Shown here one piece after another: positions 1 to 8,585 of a stretch of DNA of 32,000 bases (position 1 is the stretch's first letter; each line of letters begins with the position of its first letter). The translations under genes and the position numbers were made by a program. Origin of the DNA: Prochlorococcus sp. MIT 0801 (lineage in GTDB: Bacteria; Cyanobacteriota; Cyanobacteriia; PCC-6307; Cyanobiaceae). The stretch covers positions 1,470,001-1,502,000 of the forward strand of contig NZ_CP007754.1 in the NCBI RefSeq assembly GCF_000757865.1. Direction: 5' to 3'. Below the pieces are notes generated by a model. The model was not told the DNA's origin. It did not search any database and worked only from the letters and a program-made list of their open reading frames with translations.

Positions 1-282
1 ATTTTAAATAATGCTTCCTTGCATGATTTAATTTCTTTATAACAGCTCAATACCAAAAAATCAATTTCCCGATATTCTTTCGATTCTTTTGCTATCAATG
101 GATTTAAAGGAATAAATATATATATATAAAGAAGCAGTACGAATTTAATTTTTTTAAATGTATAACTAATCAAAACATAATCTCCAATAAAATGTGTTGA
201 TAATTGTTTGAGTATTACTAACAATACCTGAGTGAATAAAAAGAAAGCTTATTTTATTAGTCATACAAAGCTTAGATTTTCA

Positions 283-313
283 CAAAAAAGGGACCCATTT
301 TTAAAGAGTCCCT
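283..313 (-). terminator. Rho-independent terminator of hup
   Basis: On the minus strand, just after the hup stop (359), there is a stem AGGGAC/GTCCCT (289-294 pairing with 308-313) with a 13-nt loop. It is followed by a T-run (complement of A284-A289). Confidence 0.6.
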
Positions 314-358
314 AATAAAAAAGCAAAAGGTAAGTAAGCAAAACAGCTTTTTAAAAAC

Positions 359-634
359 TCATCCCTGAACACGGTCCTTAAACAATTTCCCAGCTGTAAA
401 GGCAGGGACTCGCTTAGCAGGTATTGCTATCTTTTCTCCAGTTTTAGGGTTTAGTCCCTGACGAGCAGAACGATCGCGGGGCTCAAACGAGCCAAACCCC
501 AGAATGGAGACTTTCTTACCCTCCACTACAGAATCAATAATTGTATCTATGGCGGCATCAACTACCAGAGAGACGTCTGTTTTAGTTAGCTCTGTACGAG
601 CAGCAACCAGGTTGACTAAATCTGCTTTGTTCAT
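359..634 (-). CDS. hup: HU-family nucleoid-associated DNA-binding protein
   Basis: 91 aa with an ATG start. The N-terminus MNKADLV and the arm GFGSFEPRDRSARQGLNPKTGEKIAIPAKRVPAFTAGKLFK are canonical HU/IHF. Confidence 0.95.
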   Translation of the reverse strand: MNKADLVNLVAARTELTKTDVSLVVDAAIDTIIDSVVEGKKVSILGFGSFEPRDRSARQGLNPKTGEKIAIPAKRVPAFTAGKLFKDRVQG

Positions 635-678
635 TGGAAGGATTGTATGTAGCAGGGAGTAAGAGGAGGGAAACCAAT

Positions 679-801
679 ATGGAATTAGTTTCCAAAAAAC
701 TCAATCTTGCTAATCGTATGGACCAAATCACTTACCTGCAACCCAAAGGGCTTGTGACAGTAAGCTTTCTAAAAAATATATCTGCATTTTTGTTTCATTA
801 A
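679..801 (+). CDS. Candidate 40-aa small ORF (MELVSKKLNLANRMDQITYLQPKGLVTVSFLKNISAFLFH), hypothetical
   Basis: ATG at 679 lies 8 nt downstream of AAGAGGAGGG (661-670), the strongest SD-like element I saw in the window. TAA stop at 799-801. No recognisable family, and it lies only 45 bp from the divergent hup start. Confidence 0.25.
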   Translation: MELVSKKLNLANRMDQITYLQPKGLVTVSFLKNISAFLFH

Positions 802-1367
802 ATAATCTTTCAAAGATTCGAACTAGATAGCTTAAGAAAGATGCAAGTTTTCTATTTCCCTCCAGAAGCTTGTCAGGGAAAGACTTCTTGAATAATGTAT
901 TTCCACATTGATTCTGAAGAAGATCTCTGAAGTGTGAAATTAATTATTTTTCTTACCACAAATCAGACATTTCATTAAATTCTCATGAATTAACAAAGGT
1001 CTGCAGAACAGCACATTTATTGGTATTACAAAATAATACCTACTCTAAAAAAGAGAATAATAAATGAAAATTCAGATTATTTTCTAGCTCTAGGACATCC
1101 ATTTTGAAGCGTTAATCCCTAAAAGCTCTAAAATTTTGATTTTCAATTCGAGTAAGAATCTCTTTGAACTCCGTTAAAAAACCATATTGCATCAAACTAA
1201 CGAAGTTCTCTCGCCAAAACTATTTAGTATTCATTTTTAAAAGCATCAAATGCCTAATACAAGTTTCTTTTAAGATTGAATTTCGTTTTTTATAACTTGT
1301 TAAAACAAACTAACCACCTAACTTGTAGGGAAAGTTACTTGATTATTTTTGTAAAGGACAAACACAA

Positions 1368-3428
1368 TTGGGAAAAGTAAAAGTTGGTTCAGCATGGCCT
1401 TTGGGTAGCTCAGTTACTCTTGACGGGGTTAATTTCTCTATCGCAGCACCACATGCAACAAATTTAGAGTTATTAATCTTCCAGAATGAAGATGACGAGT
1501 ATGCAAAAGAGACAATATCCTTAGATCACAAAAACAGGTCTGGAGATTATTGGCACGTTGAAATAGAGGGCCTAACTGAAGGAACGTTATATGGATATAA
1601 AGTATCAATTGATGGGCAAAAAGCTGCCGAGGATCATATTGTTTTAGATCCATGTGCCAGAGCAATTTCAGGGTGGGGGAATTACATAAGGAATCATAAA
1701 GAAAAAGTGAATAGAGGTTATGCTAATTGCCTGAAAGGAGTAGTAACTAAAAGAGATTATTTTGATTTCAAATCTCACCCTAGGCCTAAACATTCATGGA
1801 ATAAAACTATCATTTATGAATTACATGTTGGTGGATTTACGAAAAGTATTGATTCAAACACTAGTGAAAACAAAAAAGGTACATTTTTAGGTTTAATTGA
1901 AAAGATACCTTATCTTAAAAGTCTTGGCATTACAAGTATTGAATTGCTTCCGGTATTCGCTTTTGATTCTAATGATGCCCCTGACGGACTTGTTAACTAT
2001 TGGGGATATAGCCCTATCAATTGGTTCACGCCACATCAAGGTTTTGTAGATAATTGTAATCCATTAGAAGCGAGGAAACAATTCAAACAGTTGGTAGAAG
2101 TTTGCCACGATAATGAACTAGAAGTATTAATAGATGTTGTTTATAATCACACAACAGAAGGGAATCAAAACGGTCCAAGTATAAGTTGGAAAAATTTTGG
2201 TCCTAAAACTTACTACCATCAAGATGAAAAGGAAAATTACCTAGATGTGAGTGGATGTGGAAATAGTATTGCCGCTAATCGTCCTTTAGTTAGAAAATTA
2301 ATATTGGAATCATTGCGTTGTTGGGCAATTGAGTTAGGTGTTGATGGATTTCGTTTTGACTTAGGTATTGCTTTGAGTAGAGGCGAAAATTTAATTCCTT
2401 TAGATAAACCTCCCTTATTTGAAGAAATAGAAGCAGATCCTAAATTAAGTGATGTGAAATTAATCAGTGAGCCTTGGGATTGTGGTGGGCTTTATAAACT
2501 AGGTGATTTTCCAGCAAAACATTTCAGAACTTGGAATGGTCATTTTAGAGATGATATTAGACGATTTTGGAAAGGGGAAAAAGGTACAATTTGGCCACTT
2601 AAAGATAGATTAATAGGGAATAAATCCCTATACAATGATAATAATTTAGCAAATATATTTAGTATTAATTTCATAACTTCTCATGATGGATTTACATTAA
2701 AAGATCTAGTAAGTTTCAACAAAAAGCATAATCTAGCAAATGGCGAAAACAATAGAGATGGGGAGAACAATAATAATAGTTATAATTATGGAGTTGAAGG
2801 ACCAACTACTAATGAAGAAATAAATAATTTAAGACAAAAACAACAAAGAAATCTTCTTGCAACACTACTTTTATCTCCTGGAGTACCAATGATTTTAATG
2901 GGAGACGAATTAGGTAGAAGCCAAGGAGGTAATAACAACACCTGGTGTCAAGACAACCCACTTGGTTGGATGGATTGGAATCACAATAATTGGGATCATG
3001 ACTTAAGAGAATTTGTATTAAAGCTGATATCTCTAAGGAAACAACTATCTGAATTTTTCAGTCCTGATAGTATTTATGATTGTCAAAAAGACAATACCAA
3101 GGTCAAAACATCTCATTTTTGGATTCAGTGGCATGGCATTAAAGTTAATAAACCTGACTGGGGTGACTGGTCACATACTCTTGGATTTAGCATTAACAAA
3201 AACAATGATGGCTCAGCAATTTGGCTTGGCTTTAATGCTTACAAAGAATCAATGCTTTTTGACTTGCCAACCCCAATTTCTCCTTGGAAAAAATACATTG
3301 ATACCTCTATTTTGAAAACTAAAAATGTCTCCAAAAAACCTGTAGCGAATCAATCAAATGTGCGGATTGAAAGTAACAGTCTTGTTCTTATGGTCTCCAG
3401 CGAGTATTCAAAAAAAATTAAGCTATGA
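1368..3428 (+). CDS. glgX: Glycogen debranching enzyme (isoamylase, GH13)
   Basis: 686 aa with GH13 conserved regions DVVYNHT, GVDGFRFDL, EPWD and FITSHDGFTL, plus an N-terminal CBM48-like start (GSAWPLGSSV). TTG start with no nearby in-frame ATG. Confidence 0.93.
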   Translation: MGKVKVGSAWPLGSSVTLDGVNFSIAAPHATNLELLIFQNEDDEYAKETISLDHKNRSGDYWHVEIEGLTEGTLYGYKVSIDGQKAAEDHIVLDPCARAISGWGNYIRNHKEKVNRGYANCLKGVVTKRDYFDFKSHPRPKHSWNKTIIYELHVGGFTKSIDSNTSENKKGTFLGLIEKIPYLKSLGITSIELLPVFAFDSNDAPDGLVNYWGYSPINWFTPHQGFVDNCNPLEARKQFKQLVEVCHDNELEVLIDVVYNHTTEGNQNGPSISWKNFGPKTYYHQDEKENYLDVSGCGNSIAANRPLVRKLILESLRCWAIELGVDGFRFDLGIALSRGENLIPLDKPPLFEEIEADPKLSDVKLISEPWDCGGLYKLGDFPAKHFRTWNGHFRDDIRRFWKGEKGTIWPLKDRLIGNKSLYNDNNLANIFSINFITSHDGFTLKDLVSFNKKHNLANGENNRDGENNNNSYNYGVEGPTTNEEINNLRQKQQRNLLATLLLSPGVPMILMGDELGRSQGGNNNTWCQDNPLGWMDWNHNNWDHDLREFVLKLISLRKQLSEFFSPDSIYDCQKDNTKVKTSHFWIQWHGIKVNKPDWGDWSHTLGFSINKNNDGSAIWLGFNAYKESMLFDLPTPISPWKKYIDTSILKTKNVSKKPVANQSNVRIESNSLVLMVSSEYSKKIKL

Positions 3429-3440
3429 GAATCAAAATCA

Positions 3441-3511
<71 letters not shown>

Positions 3512-3600
3512 GCTAGAACTAAAAAACTACTCACTGTTGGAGTAAAAGTTAATTCAGCTTTCTCCATTATTACCTTGCGAGTCCCATTATCCAAAAAAGA

Positions 3601-5004
3601 GTGAATAATTCCACATCACTTTACGAAGGAAATAATCGCACAAGACTAATGATCTCTTATGCCATGGGAGATGCTGGAACGGGATTAGCCGCAATACAGT
3701 TAGGTACTTATCTATTTCTTTTTTTCACTTGTGCTGCAGGAATTCCTGCATTTATTGCAGGCTCGCTTCTCATGGTTTCAAAACTTTGGGATGCGATAAA
3801 TGATCCTCTAATTGGATGGATGAGTGATCACACCAGATCAAGATGGGGTCCAAGGCTTCCATGGATGATTGGAGGTGCTGTTCCACTTGGTTTATTCCTG
3901 GCCGCAATGTGGTGGGTCCCTCCAGGAGGAATAGATGCGAAAACAACTTATTACATATTCGCAGCAATTTTGTTGATGACAGCTTACACAGCCGTAAATC
4001 TACCTTTTGCAGCATTATCTACTGAGCTAACCGAAAATATCGCTATTAGAACAAGACTTAATGCTGCAAGATTTACTGGATCTATTATAGCTGGGACCAC
4101 TGGATTAATAGTGGCTGCAGGCTTCTTATCTCAAGGTGTAGAAGGTTATACTTCAATGGGAAGAGTAACAGGAATTATTGCTACTTTTACCACGTTAATT
4201 GCTTGCTGGGGACTAGCTCCTTTTGCAAAAAAAGCTAGAAAGCCCACTTCTCAATCAGAACCTTTTAATCAGCAACTAAAAAGGGTTTTAAATAATAAAC
4301 TTTTCACACGAATTATTGCTCTTTACTTGCTGCTTTGGTGCGGACTGCAATTAATGCAAACCGTTTCATTAATCTATCTTGAGCAAGTAATGCTTGTTCC
4401 AATAGAAATTTCAAAATGGATCCCAATACCATTTCAAATTAGTACTCTAGTAGGTCTACAGTTTTGGAGCTTTTACTCTAATAAATATGGAAGAATATCA
4501 GCACTATTCAAGGGAGGAAAAATATGGGTATTAGCCTGCCTCTTAGTTATGTTTATGCCCCCTATAACTAAAGGAGTCAGTATCAATTCTTTATTATCCT
4601 TTGGCAATATTGAAGGTGTAAAACTGGTGATTCTTTTATTAATAATTATTTTAGTAGGATTTGGAGCTTCAACAGCATATCTTATTCCTTGGTCTTTACT
4701 TCCTGATGCTATTGATCAAGATCCCGAAAAGCCTTCAGGAATATATACAGCATGGATGGTTTTCACTCAGAAGATAGGTATTGGTTTAAGCGTTCAATTT
4801 CTAGGATTTCTTTTATCTTTATCAGGATATAAATCATCCACTAATTGCTTATCAAGTCTTGAATACTTAGATCAACCTCTAACCGCAATTATTACCATTA
4901 GATTTTGCATGGGATTAATACCTTCTTTACTAGTAATTGCTGGATTAATAACTATGAAACCTTGGCGAAGTTTAGATTTCAAATCTAGAAGATTAAACCA
5001 ATGA
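3601..5004 (+). CDS. glcH: GPH-family (glycoside-pentoside-hexuronide) sugar:cation symporter, MelB/GlcH-like
   Basis: 467 aa and about 12 TM. GPH signature WDAINDPLIGWMSDHTRSRWGPRLPWM. GTG start at 3601, with an alternative in-frame ATG at 3649. The Prochlorococcus orthologue annotated melB has been characterised as a glucose transporter; orthology here is inferred. Confidence 0.85.
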   Translation: MNNSTSLYEGNNRTRLMISYAMGDAGTGLAAIQLGTYLFLFFTCAAGIPAFIAGSLLMVSKLWDAINDPLIGWMSDHTRSRWGPRLPWMIGGAVPLGLFLAAMWWVPPGGIDAKTTYYIFAAILLMTAYTAVNLPFAALSTELTENIAIRTRLNAARFTGSIIAGTTGLIVAAGFLSQGVEGYTSMGRVTGIIATFTTLIACWGLAPFAKKARKPTSQSEPFNQQLKRVLNNKLFTRIIALYLLLWCGLQLMQTVSLIYLEQVMLVPIEISKWIPIPFQISTLVGLQFWSFYSNKYGRISALFKGGKIWVLACLLVMFMPPITKGVSINSLLSFGNIEGVKLVILLLIIILVGFGASTAYLIPWSLLPDAIDQDPEKPSGIYTAWMVFTQKIGIGLSVQFLGFLLSLSGYKSSTNCLSSLEYLDQPLTAIITIRFCMGLIPSLLVIAGLITMKPWRSLDFKSRRLNQ

Positions 5005-5750
5005 ACTACTCACCTCGTTGGCTAAGAAGATTTTTTAGCAGTATTTTAATTGGAGGGCAAGCAATTGCATCAATAGCTAAAGGGAATATCAATAAATCAG
5101 ATTTAATAGATCAATTAATGGAGGCAGGACCAGGAAGCTTTTTGATCGTCTTAATAACAGGCATTGCAGCAGGAACCGTTTTCAATATTCAAGTCGCAGC
5201 AGAATTAAGTAAACAAGGCTTAGGTTCTGCTGTTGGAGGACTTTTGGCAATTGGTATGGCAAGAGAGATAGCTCCTTTACTTACCGCAACTCTTCTTACT
5301 GGAAAAGTTGCAACTGCTTATGCTGCTCAAATAGGAACAATGAAAGTTACTGAGCAAATAGATGCTATTACCATGTTACAAACAGATCCCGTTGAATATC
5401 TAGTTGTTCCAAGGCTATGTGCAATGGTTGTAATGGCGCCAATTCAATGCTTACTATTTTTTTCTATCGCTTTATTTAGCGGTCAATTTAGCAGCACCAT
5501 TCTCTACCAGATTCCACCAAGCATCTTTTGGAATTCAGTTAGAGAATGGCTGATAACATCTGATCTTCCTTTTATGCTTGTTAAAGCATTGGTGTTTGGT
5601 CTCTTAATCGCAATTATTGCTTGCGGATGGGGATTAACCACAAGAGGCGGACCAAAAGAAGTAGGTTCAAGCACTACAGGCGCAGTCGTAATGACACTAA
5701 TATCCGTTTCTTTAGTAGATGTTTTACTCACCCAAGTTCTTTTTGGCTAA
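5001..5750 (+). CDS. MlaE/TGD1/Ycf63-like ABC transporter permease (lipid-trafficking type)
   Basis: 249 aa polytopic membrane protein with an MlaE-like core (GMAREIAPLLTATLLTGKVATAYAAQIGTMKVTEQIDA). Its ATG overlaps the glcH stop (ATGA at 5001-5004). Confidence 0.8.
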   Translation: MNYSPRWLRRFFSSILIGGQAIASIAKGNINKSDLIDQLMEAGPGSFLIVLITGIAAGTVFNIQVAAELSKQGLGSAVGGLLAIGMAREIAPLLTATLLTGKVATAYAAQIGTMKVTEQIDAITMLQTDPVEYLVVPRLCAMVVMAPIQCLLFFSIALFSGQFSSTILYQIPPSIFWNSVREWLITSDLPFMLVKALVFGLLIAIIACGWGLTTRGGPKEVGSSTTGAVVMTLISVSLVDVLLTQVLFG

Positions 5751-5755
5751 AAACT

Positions 5756-6169
5756 ATGACTTCTGAAAATCTTGTTGATAACGATAGTGTGATTTTATCG
5801 CCTTCTTATCGTTTACCCATCTTCATAATATTGTCGGGCTTATTTTTGTTAATAACACCATTTCATCCTTGGCCAACTATTGTAATCAGCAGTTTTGGAT
5901 TTTTCCTATTACTGCAATCATTTACCTTAAAATTAAAATTTACCAAGGACGATTTAATTGTCATGCAACTTGGGAATGAATTAAGAAGATTTCCTTTTAA
6001 AAACTGGATAGCATGGAGAATTATATTACCTAAATTGCCAGGTTTTCTTTATTTTAGAGAAGAAGCAAGCCCGCATCTATTGCCTATACTTTTTGAGGTC
6101 AACTCATTAAAAGAACAGCTAAGGTTAAGGGTAAAGGATTTAGAAATACAAAAAGAAGTAGACTCATGA
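5756..6169 (+). CDS. Conserved cyanobacterial/plastid-lineage membrane protein (DUF3119-like)
   Basis: The ATG at 5756 (MTSENLV...) lies 5 nt after the MlaE-like stop. Two predicted TM segments. The 5621 start in the ORF track would overlap the upstream gene by 130 nt in another frame and is unlikely. The family name is from memory. Confidence 0.65.
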   Translation: MTSENLVDNDSVILSPSYRLPIFIILSGLFLLITPFHPWPTIVISSFGFFLLLQSFTLKLKFTKDDLIVMQLGNELRRFPFKNWIAWRIILPKLPGFLYFREEASPHLLPILFEVNSLKEQLRLRVKDLEIQKEVDS

Positions 6170-6200
6170 AAATCTAAAACTTAATTGAAGTTTTTGAAAT

Positions 6201-7229
6201 ATGGAATCCGAAGAAAATCTATCTAGAGAGAAACAAAATTCAAAACAGAATTTTGCTGTGGACAATTCTTCTTCAATAAAAAATACATCTCAAAAACCAC
6301 TCGAGAAGCAAACCAAATCACAAAGTGTCATTAATCATGAAAACAATAAAAAAACCTCTAACGCGCAGACGCAGCCCTTCATTGAAATTGCGCTTAAAGA
6401 TCTTCAGCTTTCACGTCAGCAGTTAGAGAAAGAATTAGAGGAACTTTCTCAAAAGAAAGTAAAAATTGAAACTGAACTTAAAAGCTCTTTTGCAGGCCAA
6501 TCTGATGCAATAGCTAGAAAAGTTAAAGGTTTTCAGGAATATTTAACTGGTGCATTACAAGATCTAGCTCATTCAGCTGAGCAACTAGAGCTTGTTGTTC
6601 CGCCAGTAATAGTTAAGCCATCGCCTCTTGATGAAAATAAAAAAATTGAGCCTTCTAAAGAGCAAGAAGTTATCTCAGCTGTTTCTGATACTTTCAAACC
6701 TGACGAGACTTTAATCAGAAGATGCTTTAGTCAATTTCTAGAACAACCCGATTTCTATGCTGAACCTTGGAAACTTAGAAGGAGTCTTGAATCAATTGAT
6801 ATTGAAATTCTCGAAGATTGGTTCTTCAGCATGGGGGGAAGAGGCGCTCAACCAAGCAGAGGGAGTAGATCAAAGAATGCTTTAGTTACCGCAGGGATCA
6901 TTGCAATTTTAGGTGAGTTATACGGCGAACAATTTCAGACTTTAGTTTTAGCGAGTCAACCAGAGCGACTGGGAGAATGGAGAAGATGTCTCCAAGATTC
7001 ATTAGGACTTAGCCGTGAGGATTTCGGGCCTAATAGCGGAATAGTTCTTTTCGAGCGCTCCGATGGACTAATTGAAAGAGCAGATCGACTTGAAGAAAGA
7101 GGTGAGTTGCCTTTGATAATTATTGATGCGGCTGAAATTAATGTAGAAATTCCAATTCTTCAGTTTCCTATTTGGCTTGCTTTTGCAGGAAGTCCCAATG
7201 AAATTTATGAAGATGATGGATTAATATAA
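6201..7229 (+). CDS. Conserved cyanobacterial hypothetical protein (DUF3086-like) with a low-complexity N-terminus and a coiled coil
   Basis: 342 aa. S/N/K/Q-rich N-terminus, heptad-like LQLSRQQLEKELEELSQKKVKIETELK, and a conserved-looking C-terminal half. The family name is from memory. Confidence 0.6.
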   Translation: MESEENLSREKQNSKQNFAVDNSSSIKNTSQKPLEKQTKSQSVINHENNKKTSNAQTQPFIEIALKDLQLSRQQLEKELEELSQKKVKIETELKSSFAGQSDAIARKVKGFQEYLTGALQDLAHSAEQLELVVPPVIVKPSPLDENKKIEPSKEQEVISAVSDTFKPDETLIRRCFSQFLEQPDFYAEPWKLRRSLESIDIEILEDWFFSMGGRGAQPSRGSRSKNALVTAGIIAILGELYGEQFQTLVLASQPERLGEWRRCLQDSLGLSREDFGPNSGIVLFERSDGLIERADRLEERGELPLIIIDAAEINVEIPILQFPIWLAFAGSPNEIYEDDGLI

Positions 7230-7249
7230 AAATTCCAATTGAAATTATT

Positions 7250-7846
7250 TTGAATCTTTTCATTCTATTTTTCGGATACTTATTTGGATCTTTTCCTAGT
7301 GGTTATCTAGCTGGAAGAATTGCTAAAGGAATTGATATTCGTTCATTAGGTTCTGGGTCTACAGGAGCAACAAATGTATTAAGACATATAGGAAAGCGTG
7401 CAGCAATTACAGTCTTTCTACTAGATGTATTTAAAGGAGTTCTATCTATTTTATTAGCGAAATATTTACTACTAAATGATTCGTGGCAAGTGGCTATAGG
7501 ACTATCAACTTTAATTGGTCACATTTGGCCTGTCTGGCTTAATTGGAAAGGTGGTAAAGCTGTGGCAACAGGATTAGGAATATTTCTTGGACTTTCATGG
7601 CAAGTTGGACTTGCAACTTTAGGTGTTTTTATCGTCATGATTACATTATTTAGGATAGTATCACTTGCAAGTGTTAGCGCAGCATTAGCTCTACCTTTAA
7701 TAATGTTTCTAAGCTTTAGCAATTCAAATATTTCTTTACCATTTTTAATTATTTCACTATTAGCTATGATATTAGTAATTTGGAGACATAGAGAGAATAT
7801 AGCTAGACTAATTAAGGGTAAAGAACCAAGAATCGGTCAGCCCTAA
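7250..7846 (+). CDS. plsY: Glycerol-3-phosphate acyltransferase PlsY
   Basis: 198 aa. N-terminus LFGSFPSGYL and the GSGSTGATNVLR motif. Multi-TM. TTG start with no alternative ATG. Confidence 0.92.
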   Translation: MNLFILFFGYLFGSFPSGYLAGRIAKGIDIRSLGSGSTGATNVLRHIGKRAAITVFLLDVFKGVLSILLAKYLLLNDSWQVAIGLSTLIGHIWPVWLNWKGGKAVATGLGIFLGLSWQVGLATLGVFIVMITLFRIVSLASVSAALALPLIMFLSFSNSNISLPFLIISLLAMILVIWRHRENIARLIKGKEPRIGQP

Positions 7847-7850
7847 GAAA

Positions 7851-8576
7851 TTAAATAATAATTTTATCGCAAAAACTTTTAAACATATAAGCAGAATCAT
7901 TTGATTGGGTAATTGCTCTTCCTATAACTAACTTTGATGCTCCCATCTTAATAGCTTCAGATGCATCAGAAACCCTAGATTGATCGTTAACATTTGAACC
8001 TAATGGCCTGATTCCTGGAGTTATCAACTCAAAAGTCTCAGGATAAACTGCACGAAGAAATTGAACCTCTTTAGGACTACAGACACATCCTCCTAAACCA
8101 GAATTCGATGCAATCTCTGCCAGATGCTTAACACGTTGATCTATTGACTGATTAATCAGAAGATCATTAGAAAAACTTTCGCGAGTCCAACTAGTCAATA
8201 TTGTAATTCCCAAAAGTTTTGGCGGTATTATATTAACTTTAGCGGCTCCTTCATGTGCCGCTTCATTGGCCATCTTTAAAGCCTTCATACCAGCGCAAGT
8301 ATGCAAAGAAATAAATTCAGCACCAGTTTGTGATGCTGCGAAACATGCTCTAGCAACTGTTGTAGGAATATCATGAAACTTAAGATCTAAAAATATTTTT
8401 TTACCCTTATCTCTTAACATCGATAATACGTCTGGTCCTTCACTAACAAACAACTCGAGTCCAACTTTAACCCAGACAATTTCAGGTATTTTTTCCAATA
8501 ACCTAACAACATCATTTCTATCCATACCATCTAAAGCAATAATTATTTTTTCACTTGGATTATCAATATTTTTCAT
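7851..8576 (-). CDS. pyrF: Orotidine 5'-phosphate decarboxylase
   Basis: 241 aa. Motifs IIALDG, DLKFHDIPTTV and LVIGRAIT. Confidence 0.93.
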   Translation of the reverse strand: MKNIDNPSEKIIIALDGMDRNDVVRLLEKIPEIVWVKVGLELFVSEGPDVLSMLRDKGKKIFLDLKFHDIPTTVARACFAASQTGAEFISLHTCAGMKALKMANEAAHEGAAKVNIIPPKLLGITILTSWTRESFSNDLLINQSIDQRVKHLAEIASNSGLGGCVCSPKEVQFLRAVYPETFELITPGIRPLGSNVNDQSRVSDASEAIKMGASKLVIGRAITQSNDSAYMFKSFCDKIII

Positions 8577-8585
8577 AGCGATCTA

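Noticed and set aside
116-128. A short alternating (AT)n run.
   Set aside because: It is only about 13 nt long, which is expected by chance in DNA this AT-rich. It has no flanking repeat structure.
1-248. A minus-strand reading frame stays open from 248 to the left edge of the window (…PLIAKESKEYREIDFLVLSCYKEIKSCKEALFK…). It could be the 5' part of a gene continuing beyond position 1.
   Set aside because: The frame has no ATG, only TTG candidates at 224, 173 and 98. The sequence is very AT-rich, so open frames arise by chance, and I recognise no family. It cannot be supported without the flanking sequence.
635-1367. I looked for known cyanobacterial sRNA signatures in the long spacer, for example the Yfr1 core ACTCCTCACAC on either strand.
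   Set aside because: I did not find that motif. The GGAAACC near 668-674 is too short to assign to any family from memory.
2740-2830. An Asn-rich low-complexity stretch in GlgX (NGENNRDGENNNNSYNYG).
   Set aside because: It falls in a conserved GH13 isoamylase region that is naturally Asn/Gly-rich. AAT-codon enrichment is expected from the AT bias, so this is not an insertion or a repeat element.
5621-5755. The long form of the 5621-6169 ORF, with a 45-aa N-terminal extension.
   Set aside because: The extension overlaps the MlaE-like gene by 130 nt in another frame and is Arg/Lys-rich junk. The ATG at 5756 lies 5 nt after the upstream stop and gives a sensible membrane protein.
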